A stretch of DNA of 32,000 bases from Candidatus Heimdallarchaeota archaeon B3_Heim. Its GTDB lineage: Archaea; Asgardarchaeota; Heimdallarchaeia; Hodarchaeales; Hodarchaeaceae. Position 1 is the stretch's first letter. The number at the start of each line of letters is the position of its first letter. Below, piece by piece: positions 17,881-27,291 of this stretch. Under the pieces are notes generated by a model. It saw nothing but the letters and a program-made list of their open reading frames with translations, was not told where the DNA came from and did no database searches. The stretch lies in contig NJBF01000035.1 in assembly GCA_003144275.1 (NCBI GenBank), positions 1-32,000 of the forward strand, written 5' to 3'. The translations under genes were made by a program, and so were the position numbers.

Positions 17881-18559
17881 GGTAGAGATAGAAATTTGTA
17901 AGAAGGAGTTAAGAACACGATTTGGGTCAAAGAGTGTTGTTCTCCCTATATTGCTTGCCATGGGAATACCAATACTAGTATTTATTCCTCAATTACTGGA
18001 AGTTATGAATCAGGCTGAACCTGGAAGCGAATACTTAAGCTTAATGTTTTTTTTAGTTATTCCAGTTATGATTACGACTCTTGTTGGAATACATACTTTC
18101 ATTAACGAAATTAGATGGAAAACAATAAAATCAATCCTTGCAGCTCCAATCTCAGAAGGGGAGATTTTTATTGGTAAAAGCATGGCATGTATCATTGTAG
18201 GATTACTGGTAGAAGCATTTCTTTCCGTGATAGTGCTTATTTTTGTAGATGATGTTGCTGTTTCAATATTACTTTTAATATTTTTAATTGGACCACTTTC
18301 AGTGATATTTACGACTTTTATCTTTATTCTAGGAACATTGAGATTCCCAGCAATTGCAGAGAATGGAGGAGCTGTATTAATGCCGATGGGTGGACTCTTA
18401 ATTATTTTCTTGGTTTCTATATTCCTGAAAGAATTTCTTGGCACCAATCCGATGTTACATGGTATGTTGTTATCGCTTATTATTACGATCTTTACAGGTG
18501 GGGCTTATTACATATCAAAAAAATGGTTTAACAGAGAGAGGTTAGTACTTGCTGTTTAG
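17873..18559 (+). CDS. ABC-2 type permease
   Basis: Six hydrophobic segments and EIRWKTIKSILAAPISEGEIFIGK. The ATG at 17873 follows an AGGTGA RBS. Confidence 0.85.
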   Translation: MVEVEIEICKKELRTRFGSKSVVLPILLAMGIPILVFIPQLLEVMNQAEPGSEYLSLMFFLVIPVMITTLVGIHTFINEIRWKTIKSILAAPISEGEIFIGKSMACIIVGLLVEAFLSVIVLIFVDDVAVSILLLIFLIGPLSVIFTTFIFILGTLRFPAIAENGGAVLMPMGGLLIIFLVSIFLKEFLGTNPMLHGMLLSLIITIFTGGAYYISKKWFNRERLVLAV

Positions 18560-18571
18560 GGGTTAAAGAAT

Positions 18572-18991
18572 ATGGCATCGGAAGCTCTCAATCAAAAAAC
18601 CTTTCCATTAGTAATTCCTATTCTACTAGGTGGAGTTTTAATTTTAATGGGAGGCCTAGGGGTTTATACAAGTGAAAACAATAATGAAATTTTATTGAGC
18701 GGATTCATTATCATACTTGGAACTTCGCTCTTACTCTATTCATTCAGGGAGTTCAAACGAAGACATGAAAACGTCTCAATTATTAGTCACGATGAGAGAT
18801 CAATAACTAACAGGTTAAAGGCTACAGATTGGAGTTTTAGATTCCTTTACATCTCTCTAATGGTTCTGATCGTACTAAATGCCATGAATCTCCTCAACAA
18901 TATATCTTTTATTGCTTTAACTGGTCCTATTATTGCAGTAGGGGTTTCTTTACAATATTTTCTGTATTATTGGTATGAGCAGAGAGGATGA
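18572..18991 (+). CDS. DUF2178-like membrane protein
   Basis: TM helices flank the DER motif ([12 protein letters not shown]). It is adjacent to an XRE HTH gene. Confidence 0.7.
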   Translation: MASEALNQKTFPLVIPILLGGVLILMGGLGVYTSENNNEILLSGFIIILGTSLLLYSFREFKRRHENVSIISHDERSITNRLKATDWSFRFLYISLMVLIVLNAMNLLNNISFIALTGPIIAVGVSLQYFLYYWYEQRG

Positions 18992-19203
18992 GCGGAAAAT
19001 CTATGAAAACCTGGATTAAAGAGTTAAGAGCAAGGGAAAACCTAACTCAGAAGGAACTTGCAGATAAGGTAGGTGTGAGAAGGGAAACTATAGTATTCTT
19101 GGAGAAGGGAAAATATAATCCCTCACTTAAATTGGCATACAACATCGCAAAGGTTTTCAAAACACCAATTGAGGAAGTTTTTTTCTTTGAACAAGATGAT
19201 TAG
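18988..19203 (+). CDS. XRE-family HTH transcriptional regulator
   Basis: [36 protein letters not shown] overlap with the upstream gene. Confidence 0.93.
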   Translation: MSGKSMKTWIKELRARENLTQKELADKVGVRRETIVFLEKGKYNPSLKLAYNIAKVFKTPIEEVFFFEQDD

Positions 19204-19234
19204 CTTTAACCGTAATCCTAGCAAGGAAATATTA

Positions 19235-19274
19235 GTATATACTTTTGTAATCTAAACCAGCCATGGACGGAGTT
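19235..19274 (+). repeat. CCAGCC-core site 5
   Basis: GTATAT, acttttgtaatctaaa, CCAGCC, atggacggagtt. Confidence 0.8.
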
Positions 19275-19440
19275 CAGACATTACCAAATTTATTCAATCC
19301 GATTTTGTCTCCATTATCAAGGCATTACTCCTGATAGTTACCTTACATCATCTTAGAATTATTTCATCTAATCTGACTTTATTACTTCATTCGACTCTCT
19401 TTTCTATTATAATGAGAATTTTAGATCCATATAGGTTTAA

Positions 19441-19525
19441 ATGTTCTCAAATGTGAAGATTACCAATTTTATATGTTCTCAAACGTCAAGAACATAAACC
19501 TTATATGTTTTCAAGGAAACAATCT
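19441..19525 (+). promoter_or_regulatory. Three direct repeats at a 32-bp period; the central one is palindromic
   Basis: atgttctcaa (19441), atgttctcaa (19473; ATGTTCT-N9-AGAACAT), atgttttcaa (19505). Confidence 0.6.
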
Positions 19526-19571
19526 CATTAAACATTGATAAGTGCTTAAAAGTGCTCAAGAGTTGGTTTAA

Positions 19572-20480
19572 ATGACTGAACAAATAGTTCTTGAAATCAA
19601 TAATCTCAGCAAATATTATGGAAAACTCCTTGCTGTAAATAATGTAAATATTACTGTTAAAACAGGAACAGTTTACGGATTTTTAGGCCCAAATGGAGCA
19701 GGAAAAACCACCACTATTAGAATTATTCTTAGTATCCTCAAACCATCAAGTGGGGAGGTAAAATTATTTGGAATTCCTGTTGATCGATCTAATGTTCAAA
19801 TTCATGATAGAATTGGATATATTCCCGGTGATGTAGCTTTATATGGACATTTAACTGTCAAACAAATGCTTGATTATTTTGCTTCTCTTAGATCAAATCG
19901 GCCCTCATCGCGAATGGAAGAAATGGTGAAATTATTTGATTTGGATGTTACAAAAAATACTAAAACGTTAAGCAGGGGCAATAGGCAAAAGGTTGCCATA
20001 GTTCAAGCGTTTATGCATGATCCTGATTTTTATATTTTTGATGAACCTTCGAGTGGATTAGATCCTTTAATGCAACAGGTTCTATATGATTTAATCACTG
20101 AAGAAGTAGAAAATGGAAAAACTTTTTTTATTTCTAGTCATTATCTAGGAGAAATCCAAAAAATTGCTAATCTAGTGTCAATAATTCGAGAGGGTGAAAT
20201 TATCTCAACCATGGATGTTTCTAAACTTGACCAACAGGTAGTACAGAAAGTCCATATTGATTTTAAATCCGAGGTTAATCCGTCATTACTTCAGGATCCG
20301 AATATAACGGTATTATCTCAGGACAAAAATGAGTTAATTTTGATAGTAAAGGGTGATTTTCATACTTTTCTTGAAAAAATTTCCAGATTTCCCATAGAAA
20401 GATTTTATGCACCAGAACCGTCTCTTGAAGACTATTTTATGCATTTTTATGATCTTAAGAATAGATCTGGGGGGAAGTAA
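19572..20480 (+). CDS. ABC transporter ATP-binding protein (exporter type)
   Basis: GPNGAGKTT, LSRGNRQK, IFDEPSSGLD, SSH. Confidence 0.95.
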   Translation: MTEQIVLEINNLSKYYGKLLAVNNVNITVKTGTVYGFLGPNGAGKTTTIRIILSILKPSSGEVKLFGIPVDRSNVQIHDRIGYIPGDVALYGHLTVKQMLDYFASLRSNRPSSRMEEMVKLFDLDVTKNTKTLSRGNRQKVAIVQAFMHDPDFYIFDEPSSGLDPLMQQVLYDLITEEVENGKTFFISSHYLGEIQKIANLVSIIREGEIISTMDVSKLDQQVVQKVHIDFKSEVNPSLLQDPNITVLSQDKNELILIVKGDFHTFLEKISRFPIERFYAPEPSLEDYFMHFYDLKNRSGGK

Positions 20481-22166
20481 ATGAAGGTTTTTTTTGATAG
20501 CATCAGACAAGAAAAAGGATTAATGCTTGCTTTTTTATTCTTTTCAACAGTATTTATCGTATTAATGATCATGATTTATCCAGGTGATGAAGCAGCTGTT
20601 GAACAAATCACTGGTTTAGAGGATATGGGAGACTGGGAGGCGATTTATGGGATCGTTTATGGAGAGGGAGGTGAATATCGATTCTGGTTGGCATTGTTTC
20701 TTTTTAGTTATATTGGAATTTTATATACAGCAATACCTGCACTCGTGGGTACAAACGTCTTTTCAAAGGATAATGATGATAATACAATTGATTTATTAAT
20801 GTCCAATCCGATAACCAGAAGAAAAATCTTACTAGAAAAAATGTTAGCTGTCTTATCATTGTCTTTTGGATCGATACTTTATTTATTTCTTGTTATTTAT
20901 CTTTTATCACTTGTAATTGGCCAAAATATTTCCATTGAATTATTATTTGCATCATGTATTCAATTATTTATACTACTTGTCTTTATAGGGCTAATCAGTA
21001 TCTTATTTGCTGTTTTATTCTTAGATTCTGGTCGTGCAAAACGTTATATTGGTATTATAATTGTAGGATCATTCATAATTGGTCTTATTGTGTTATTTTC
21101 TGAAGAATTAGAATTCCTCAAATATTTTCAAGTTTTCTATTATTATGATAGTGCATCTACAATTCTAAAACCTTCTATTGGACAAGTTGTGTGGGATAAG
21201 GCTCTTTATCTTCTTATTTTCTCTATCCTAATATTTGGAATAATCCTTGTAATAAATGATCGGAAAGATCTTATTCCTCATTTTTCTCATGAAATTGACG
21301 AAAAAAAATCTAAAGAAAAAGGAATTCCATTGCTTTTCTTTTTTGTTGGAAGATTCCAACACCGATTTCCCAGTTTTGTTGAGCAACTTCAATCAGATAA
21401 GGCATTCATTTACCTGTTTGCATTGTTATTGACAATTTCAGGTCTTGTTACACCATCAATGTATCCTGGAGATGAAGCGTGGGTCGGTCTTTCAAAGACC
21501 TATAGTTCAATGGATGTCTTGATGAGCGCAATTTTACGAGATCATGGTGTTGCAAACTCATTTATTGGATATATTGCTACTGAAGGTTTTGGAGAGTATT
21601 TCCTTTATTCAGGAATAATTTCAATGTTTTTGGGCTCAAAAATTATTATTAGAGATCAGAAATCAAACACCCTAGATTTATTATTTGCACATTCAAGATC
21701 CACCTCTAAAATATTAAAAGAAAGGTTAGCTGCGATAACCTTAGAAATTTTTACCGTCTTTTCATTAAATTATATTGCATATATTGTAGGTATAAGTTTA
21801 TATGGAAACGGTTTCAATTATATTCCAATTTTGGGAATTGGAATCTTTCTTACATTTCTAATAGTAATTACAATGACATTTTTAGTTGTATTGCTTTCCA
21901 TATTCATAAAAAATCCCAGTAAAGCAATTGCGATTTCAGGAATGACTTATTTTGGAATTCTATTGGTATTTATGCTGGCATATACTATTGATCAAATTAA
22001 GTTCCTCTCCACTCTGACCCCCTTTTACTGGATTGATAGAATTAGGATCCTTTATGAAGAAACAATTATTTTCGAAGATATTTTTATCATTAGTCTATAT
22101 TTGTGCTTTATTTGTATTATATATTTTATCTGTATTAGGAAAATTAATGGCCGTGAATATTTCTAG
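20481..22166 (+). CDS. ABC-2 permease with an internally duplicated membrane domain
   Basis: Two similar halves (MIYPGDE / MYPGDE; NTIDLLMSNP / NTLDLLFAH). Confidence 0.85.
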   Translation: MKVFFDSIRQEKGLMLAFLFFSTVFIVLMIMIYPGDEAAVEQITGLEDMGDWEAIYGIVYGEGGEYRFWLALFLFSYIGILYTAIPALVGTNVFSKDNDDNTIDLLMSNPITRRKILLEKMLAVLSLSFGSILYLFLVIYLLSLVIGQNISIELLFASCIQLFILLVFIGLISILFAVLFLDSGRAKRYIGIIIVGSFIIGLIVLFSEELEFLKYFQVFYYYDSASTILKPSIGQVVWDKALYLLIFSILIFGIILVINDRKDLIPHFSHEIDEKKSKEKGIPLLFFFVGRFQHRFPSFVEQLQSDKAFIYLFALLLTISGLVTPSMYPGDEAWVGLSKTYSSMDVLMSAILRDHGVANSFIGYIATEGFGEYFLYSGIISMFLGSKIIIRDQKSNTLDLLFAHSRSTSKILKERLAAITLEIFTVFSLNYIAYIVGISLYGNGFNYIPILGIGIFLTFLIVITMTFLVVLLSIFIKNPSKAIAISGMTYFGILLVFMLAYTIDQIKFLSTLTPFYWIDRIRILYEETIIFEDIFIISLYLCFICIIYFICIRKINGREYF

Positions 22167-22302
22167 TTAGCTTTCTAGATGTTTAGAAAATGATTAGTTT
22201 TGATCATCATCCTTTAGTATAAGCTTTCAAATTCTTAATTAGCCTAAATCTCTTTTGAATATCAAAGTAAATAAAATCTCAGATTATATACCAGAGTGAG
22301 AT

Positions 22303-24189
22303 GTGCGCGAAATTTTATTTTTCGCTGTTTTGACAGATGGGGAAGAAACAGACGCAAGATACATAGCTGACGTTGCTGATATGATTACGAACAATCATAC
22401 ACAAGTCCATGTCATTTTATTAGGTGTGGACACAGAAGCTTCTGAACTACAAGAGCTAGCGTATGCTACACAAGGGTCGATTCATTTTGCTTTTGATCCT
22501 GCATCAGGTACTTTAACCTCTGATCTAGCAGATATTTATCGTTCTATCGCAGAGCAAACAACCAATGAACAACGAGTCTTTTCAAACTCAGCAGTACTTA
22601 AAGGGACTAATTGGAATATAGAGGATTCATTTTCTCTCGACCAAGCGAAAAAAGCTACAATAGTCCTTAACTATAAAGCCAGTTCTCCTCTTGTTGGGCA
22701 ACCAGTAGTGGTACAAACGCCTGGAGGTGCAAATATTTCAGCAACGTTTACAGGAGGAAAACAAGGGGTAACAAACTACTATGGCCATTACGTTTGGATT
22801 TTAAACCAACCTATTGCAGGTATTTACAAAATAATAGTTGGTCAGGGATCAGGAGATATTGAATATTTCACAGAAGCTTCTGTTGAAGGCCCCGTCTCAA
22901 TGAATATCTATTTTCCTCTCCCTGATCGACGATCTTTAAAAGAACCTAGTTTAAGAGTAACTGGGTGTGAATTTCCGATTCTTGTGTCACTTGCTGATGA
23001 TACTCCTATTATTGACGCTCGTATTAATGCTTCCATTATAACTGGAACGAGTTATACGAATTATGAATCATGGAATTTAATGCTTTATGATGATGGACAT
23101 CATGGAGATGGTTTACCTGCTGATGGAGTCTATGGAAATTGGTTTACAAGGACAATGAACCCAGGAACATATTCTGTCAAAGTTCAAGCCACTGGATATT
23201 CCTCTATTACTGGAGATTTCACGCGTGAAGTAAATCAAGCATTTCATCTAACTCCTGATGAGGATTTGGATAAAGATGGCTTGCCTGATGGATGGGAAAC
23301 ACGATTTGGGATGAATACCCAAACTGTGGTTGGTGAAGACGGTGGAAAAGGGGATCAAGACCTTGATGGTTTAGAAAATCTTGATGAGCTAATGTACGGG
23401 ACGAGTCCAATAACAGCAGATACAGATCGCGGAGGAGAAAGTGATTTCTCAGAGGTCAATGGCAGTCGTGATCCCTACTTCATGGAAGATGATAATCTTG
23501 TTCTACCCCACTTTCTGGCCATTCCTGGGAACCAGAATGTTACGATTCGATTCCAACCAAGACCTGGAGTAGTCCAATTTAAGCTTTATCGTGCTGATAA
23601 CATTAGTAAAAGCTTTGTGCTTATAGACGATTCGATAGACGCGAGTACACTCGAGTTTATTGATTCTGGTTTGACTAACGGTGAAATTTATTACTATCGA
23701 ATGATTGCTGTGAATTCAGGAGGGGCTGAAAGTGGTTATAGTCCGATAATGAGTGTTATCCCTAGGATTGATACAATTCGACCTGTTGCATTTGTTTTTA
23801 TTAACAATGGAGATCAATACACTAATAATCCTACAGTAACATTAAAAATGATCACTAATGAAACAGATATCACACACATGCGAGTTTCGCAAACATCGTC
23901 ATTTGAAGGAGGTTCATGGGTACACTTTCAAAATACTATTATGTTCACATTGATGGGTATAGGGCCACAATTTGTATTTGTAGAATTCAAAGATACGTTC
24001 GGGAATATAGGCGGGAATGATCGTGGTATATATGCTTATGATGGAATAATCATTGATCCCAGCTATTCACCCCCAAGTTCATCCAGTACTACTCAAAATG
24101 CAGATTGGGCTTCTTTCGATATTGTTGTTTATGGGTTGATTATCTCATCAATAATTCTTTACAGGAAGAAAAAGAAATTAAAAAGGTGA
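22303..24189 (+). CDS. 5'-truncated VWA-domain surface protein with CLCA-like beta-sandwich, Ca-binding repeats, FN3 and C-terminal anchor
   Basis: Starts at VLTDGEE (late VWA motif) with no DxSxS MIDAS or signal peptide. It contains LYDDGHHGDGLPADGVYG, DLDKDGLPDGWE and DLDGLEN repeats, a YYYRMIAVN FN3 strand, and a Ser/Thr linker plus TM helix plus RKKKK. An in-frame TGA lies at 22297. Confidence 0.7.
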   Translation: MREILFFAVLTDGEETDARYIADVADMITNNHTQVHVILLGVDTEASELQELAYATQGSIHFAFDPASGTLTSDLADIYRSIAEQTTNEQRVFSNSAVLKGTNWNIEDSFSLDQAKKATIVLNYKASSPLVGQPVVVQTPGGANISATFTGGKQGVTNYYGHYVWILNQPIAGIYKIIVGQGSGDIEYFTEASVEGPVSMNIYFPLPDRRSLKEPSLRVTGCEFPILVSLADDTPIIDARINASIITGTSYTNYESWNLMLYDDGHHGDGLPADGVYGNWFTRTMNPGTYSVKVQATGYSSITGDFTREVNQAFHLTPDEDLDKDGLPDGWETRFGMNTQTVVGEDGGKGDQDLDGLENLDELMYGTSPITADTDRGGESDFSEVNGSRDPYFMEDDNLVLPHFLAIPGNQNVTIRFQPRPGVVQFKLYRADNISKSFVLIDDSIDASTLEFIDSGLTNGEIYYYRMIAVNSGGAESGYSPIMSVIPRIDTIRPVAFVFINNGDQYTNNPTVTLKMITNETDITHMRVSQTSSFEGGSWVHFQNTIMFTLMGIGPQFVFVEFKDTFGNIGGNDRGIYAYDGIIIDPSYSPPSSSSTTQNADWASFDIVVYGLIISSIILYRKKKKLKR

Positions 24190-24366
24190 AAAATTCCCCG
24201 TACCACTTTTAACTTACTTATCACCTCTTTTTATCTGCAAATCCCCCTCTTTTCAGATTGGTGCTATCCAAGTTATCTATTTTATGTTAGCTAGAGATTC
24301 CATATAAGAAACAGAAACGGGTATTTAGACATTTACTTATAAGATTAAAATCTATGTGGAAAAAAC

Positions 24367-25071
24367 ATGGTGTGTATAGAACTAGAACCGTGGATAGAAA
24401 AACAAATCCCTCCGAATTTGGTAGATCACTTCAAAAATCTACGTAAAGATCAATTAGCATTACAAAAAAGGGTGATTATTGAGGATCATCCTTCTTTATC
24501 AAGGATTTCCCTCGTGGCGGGTTGTGATGTTTCATATTTTTCTAATGGTGATGCTTGTGCTGGTATAGCGGTTCTAGAAATCCCTAGCTTAACTCAGGTA
24601 GAATATGTGTTCTATATCTACACACCCAAAATTGACTATGTTCCTACATTTCTAGCATATCGAGAGGCACCAGGGATAGTGGAGGCATATAAGAAACTAC
24701 AAAACAAACCAGATCTTATTGTGGTTGATGGAAATGGTATTCTTCACCCTCACAAGTTGGGTATTGCATCTCATTTAGGAATTATTCTGAATAAACCAAC
24801 CATAGGGGTTGCCAAGCGACTCTTAATAGGGAGCTTTGATGAACAAATCCTATTAGAAAATAAATTCTCTCCTGTTATGTATAAAAATCAAGAAATCGGA
24901 GCAGCAGTGGTTACTAATCAAAGCTACAAACCGATTTATATTTCACCTGGAAATCTCCTCTCCATTCAGACTGCAAGATCCCTTATCTCACGCTATACAC
25001 GTCAACGTTTACCAGAGCCCATTAGATTAGCAGATAAACTTACTCGAGATACCGTGAAGGATTTAGAATAA
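24367..25071 (+). CDS. nfi: Endonuclease V
   Basis: VAGCDVSY, YVPTFLAYRE, VVDGNGILHP, GIASHLG, PTIGVAK, LPEPIRLAD. Confidence 0.93.
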   Translation: MVCIELEPWIEKQIPPNLVDHFKNLRKDQLALQKRVIIEDHPSLSRISLVAGCDVSYFSNGDACAGIAVLEIPSLTQVEYVFYIYTPKIDYVPTFLAYREAPGIVEAYKKLQNKPDLIVVDGNGILHPHKLGIASHLGIILNKPTIGVAKRLLIGSFDEQILLENKFSPVMYKNQEIGAAVVTNQSYKPIYISPGNLLSIQTARSLISRYTRQRLPEPIRLADKLTRDTVKDLE

Positions 25072-25116
25072 TCTGTAGTTTCCTGAAGATAAACCGATCA
25101 TTAAGATTGTCAAAAA

Positions 25117-25139
25117 CTAAACCAGCCTTTTACGGAGGT
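25117..25139 (+). repeat. CCAGCC-core site 6 (no upstream palindrome)
   Basis: ctaaa-CCAGCC-ttttacggaggt. The downstream agagaaaaaaccatt resembles site 3 (ggtgaaaaaaaatcatt). Confidence 0.7.
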
Positions 25140-25289
25140 AGAGAAAAAACCATTCATTCGTCTAACCTGTACTTATTAGAGTTTATTTTTGAAATTGATT
25201 TATTCTTTTGAAGGTTGACGGAGATAATCATACCTGAATCCCAAGTAAAGAAAAAAGAAATTTAATCTCCACTCTGAATTTGATTTATA

Positions 25290-25973
25290 TTGGTTGTGAA
25301 GATTCTGACAGAAGATTATCCATTTATTCCTTATTTTCCGGAGACTATTGTAGAAGAAGAAATGATGACTAGGTCAAGAGGTTTCTACCACCATGCAAAT
25401 AAGCGTCGTTCGATTCGACATTTTTCTAATCGACCAATTCCTAGGCAAATCGTTGAAAATATTGTTAGAACTGCTGGAACTGCACCCTCAGGAGCGAATA
25501 AACAACCTTGGACTTTTGTTGTGGTTTCTGATCCTAAACTTAAATCGAAGATTCGAATCGCTGCAGAAATCGAAGAAAAAGAATTTTATAAACGTAAAAT
25601 TACTGATGAATGGCGTAAAGACCTAGCTCCATTAGGTACTGACTGGAAAAAACCTTATTTGGATATAGCACCCATCATTATTGTTGTTTTCCGACAAGTT
25701 TACTCTTTTGATACAAATAAAACTAAACGAAAGCATTATTTCGTAATGGAAAGTATAGGGATAGCTGTTGGAATGCTTATTACTGCGATTCATAATTCAG
25801 GCTTAGTGACACTAACGCATACCCCCAGTCCAATGAAGTTCCTACGGGAGATATTAAAACGTCCTATCAATGAAAAACCATTTGTATTAATGCCCGTTGG
25901 TTACCCTGCTGAAAATGTAACTGTACCCGATATAAAAAGGAAAAAACTCTCTGAAATACTAGTGTGGAAATAA
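25290..25973 (+). CDS. Iodotyrosine deiodinase-like nitroreductase-superfamily protein
   Basis: RRSIRHFS, APSGANKQPW, EEKEFY, WKKPYL, LVTLTHTP, VGYPA...VPDIKRK. Confidence 0.85.
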   Translation: MVVKILTEDYPFIPYFPETIVEEEMMTRSRGFYHHANKRRSIRHFSNRPIPRQIVENIVRTAGTAPSGANKQPWTFVVVSDPKLKSKIRIAAEIEEKEFYKRKITDEWRKDLAPLGTDWKKPYLDIAPIIIVVFRQVYSFDTNKTKRKHYFVMESIGIAVGMLITAIHNSGLVTLTHTPSPMKFLREILKRPINEKPFVLMPVGYPAENVTVPDIKRKKLSEILVWK

Positions 25974-26230
25974 TCTTTTCTTAAAAATGGTGTACTTGGA
26001 TATTTTGAACTATAAGAACGGGATATTTATTATTGAATATATTCTTGAATTTATTTAATGTCTTTTATTGAAATTGCTTTTTTCTGGTTCTCTTCAGATA
26101 AACCTTGGAATAATCTGTAATTGAATAAATATTAACCAATAAATTGATACCCATTCTTAGTGGAATATTCACAAATCTGTAAATTACACAGTAGGCTAAT
26201 CTATGCAAACAGAAAACACTTATTAGTCAT

Positions 26231-26260
26231 TGTCTTACAATTCAACCGTTTTGTCTTACA
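26231..26260 (+). promoter_or_regulatory. Direct repeat upstream of the Ni/Co transporter operon
   Basis: TGTCTTACA at 26231 and 26252 (21-bp period). Confidence 0.4.
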
Positions 26261-26295
26261 CATGAAAATTCCGACATATGAAAGGCGGAGAAGAA

Positions 26296-26979
26296 ATGCA
26301 TATACCTGATGGTTGGGTTGATCCTTTTTTTTTAATGATCACCTGGATCGTGACAATTATCATTATCATGGCAAGTATTAGAAAAATGAAAGATATTGAT
26401 GAAACAAGATTGACTTACATGGCAGTTCTTGCTGGAACTATTTTTGCTGCTCAAATGTTGAACTTTCCGATTCTTGGCGGTACTTCTGGGCATCTTCTAG
26501 GAGGTGCTCTTGCTGCATCAATTGTAGGTTTATGGGGTGGGTGTTTAGTCATCTCTGTGGTTTTAATCATTCAGGCCTTCCTTTTCGCTGATGGTGGGAT
26601 AATTGCCCTTGGAGCCAATATTTTTAATATGGCTATTGTTGGAGTTTTTGTAGCGTATCTAATTTTACGTTTTTTTATGATCAATAAAACTCCTAAAAAT
26701 CGATATCGATACTATGGAGGAGTATTTTTAGGTTCATTCCTCTCAGTAATAATAGCTTCCGTTTTTGCAGCGATAGAAATAGGAATTCCAGTAATAAATA
26801 GTGTATCACAAGTAAATTTTGCGGACTCCTTCTTGATTATCTTATTCTATCACTTACTGATTGGTATTGGAGAGGGGATAATCACACTCATAATTGTGAG
26901 TTATTTCAATACTATTCAAATGAATATATTTTTTGAGATTAATAATCCCTCAACTACCCACAATTTTTCCAAAAGGTAA
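26296..26979 (+). CDS. nikM: ECF-type Ni/Co transporter S component (NikM/CbiM)
   Basis: The N-terminal MHIPDG metal-binding start implies ATG 26296. Also GTSGHLLGG, DGGIIALGAN, HLLIGIGEG. Confidence 0.92.
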   Translation: MHIPDGWVDPFFLMITWIVTIIIIMASIRKMKDIDETRLTYMAVLAGTIFAAQMLNFPILGGTSGHLLGGALAASIVGLWGGCLVISVVLIIQAFLFADGGIIALGANIFNMAIVGVFVAYLILRFFMINKTPKNRYRYYGGVFLGSFLSVIIASVFAAIEIGIPVINSVSQVNFADSFLIILFYHLLIGIGEGIITLIIVSYFNTIQMNIFFEINNPSTTHNFSKR

Positions 26980-26985
26980 TAGAAA

Positions 26986-27291
26986 ATGGAGAATCGTTCG
27001 AAAATTTTGATTGGATCAATATTTATTGTCATTCTTATGCTTACCTTGAGTCCATTTGCTGATCCTAATCCTGATGGTTTAGAAAGCGCTGCCGGCGAGG
27101 GAAACTACGAAGGAAGTGCATTTGATTTAGGCTTCTTAACCGATTATGGATCTGAAGACTCGCTAATTTATCAATTGATCCAGAATGACATGATAGCAAC
27201 CATTGTTTCCGGTTTAATTGGAGTAATTATAGTTGTTTGCTTATTCAGTCTACCTCTTCTATTCTTACGAATAAAAAAGAGCAATTCTTAA
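26986..27291 (+). CDS. nikN: PDGLE-domain NikN-like component
   Basis: PFADPNPDGLES motif between two TM helices. Confidence 0.85.
   Translation: MENRSKILIGSIFIVILMLTLSPFADPNPDGLESAAGEGNYEGSAFDLGFLTDYGSEDSLIYQLIQNDMIATIVSGLIGVIIVVCLFSLPLLFLRIKKSNS

Noticed and set aside
969-22289. Shared 11-mer tcagattatat near the MTase-MNT junction (minus strand) and upstream of the truncated VWA gene (plus strand)
   Set aside because: AT-rich 11-mers recur by chance in 32 kb, and the motif was not seen at the other junctions.
25214-25225. gttgacggagat, resembling the right arm of the CCAGCC sites
   Set aside because: It has no CCAGCC core beside it, so it was not counted as a site.
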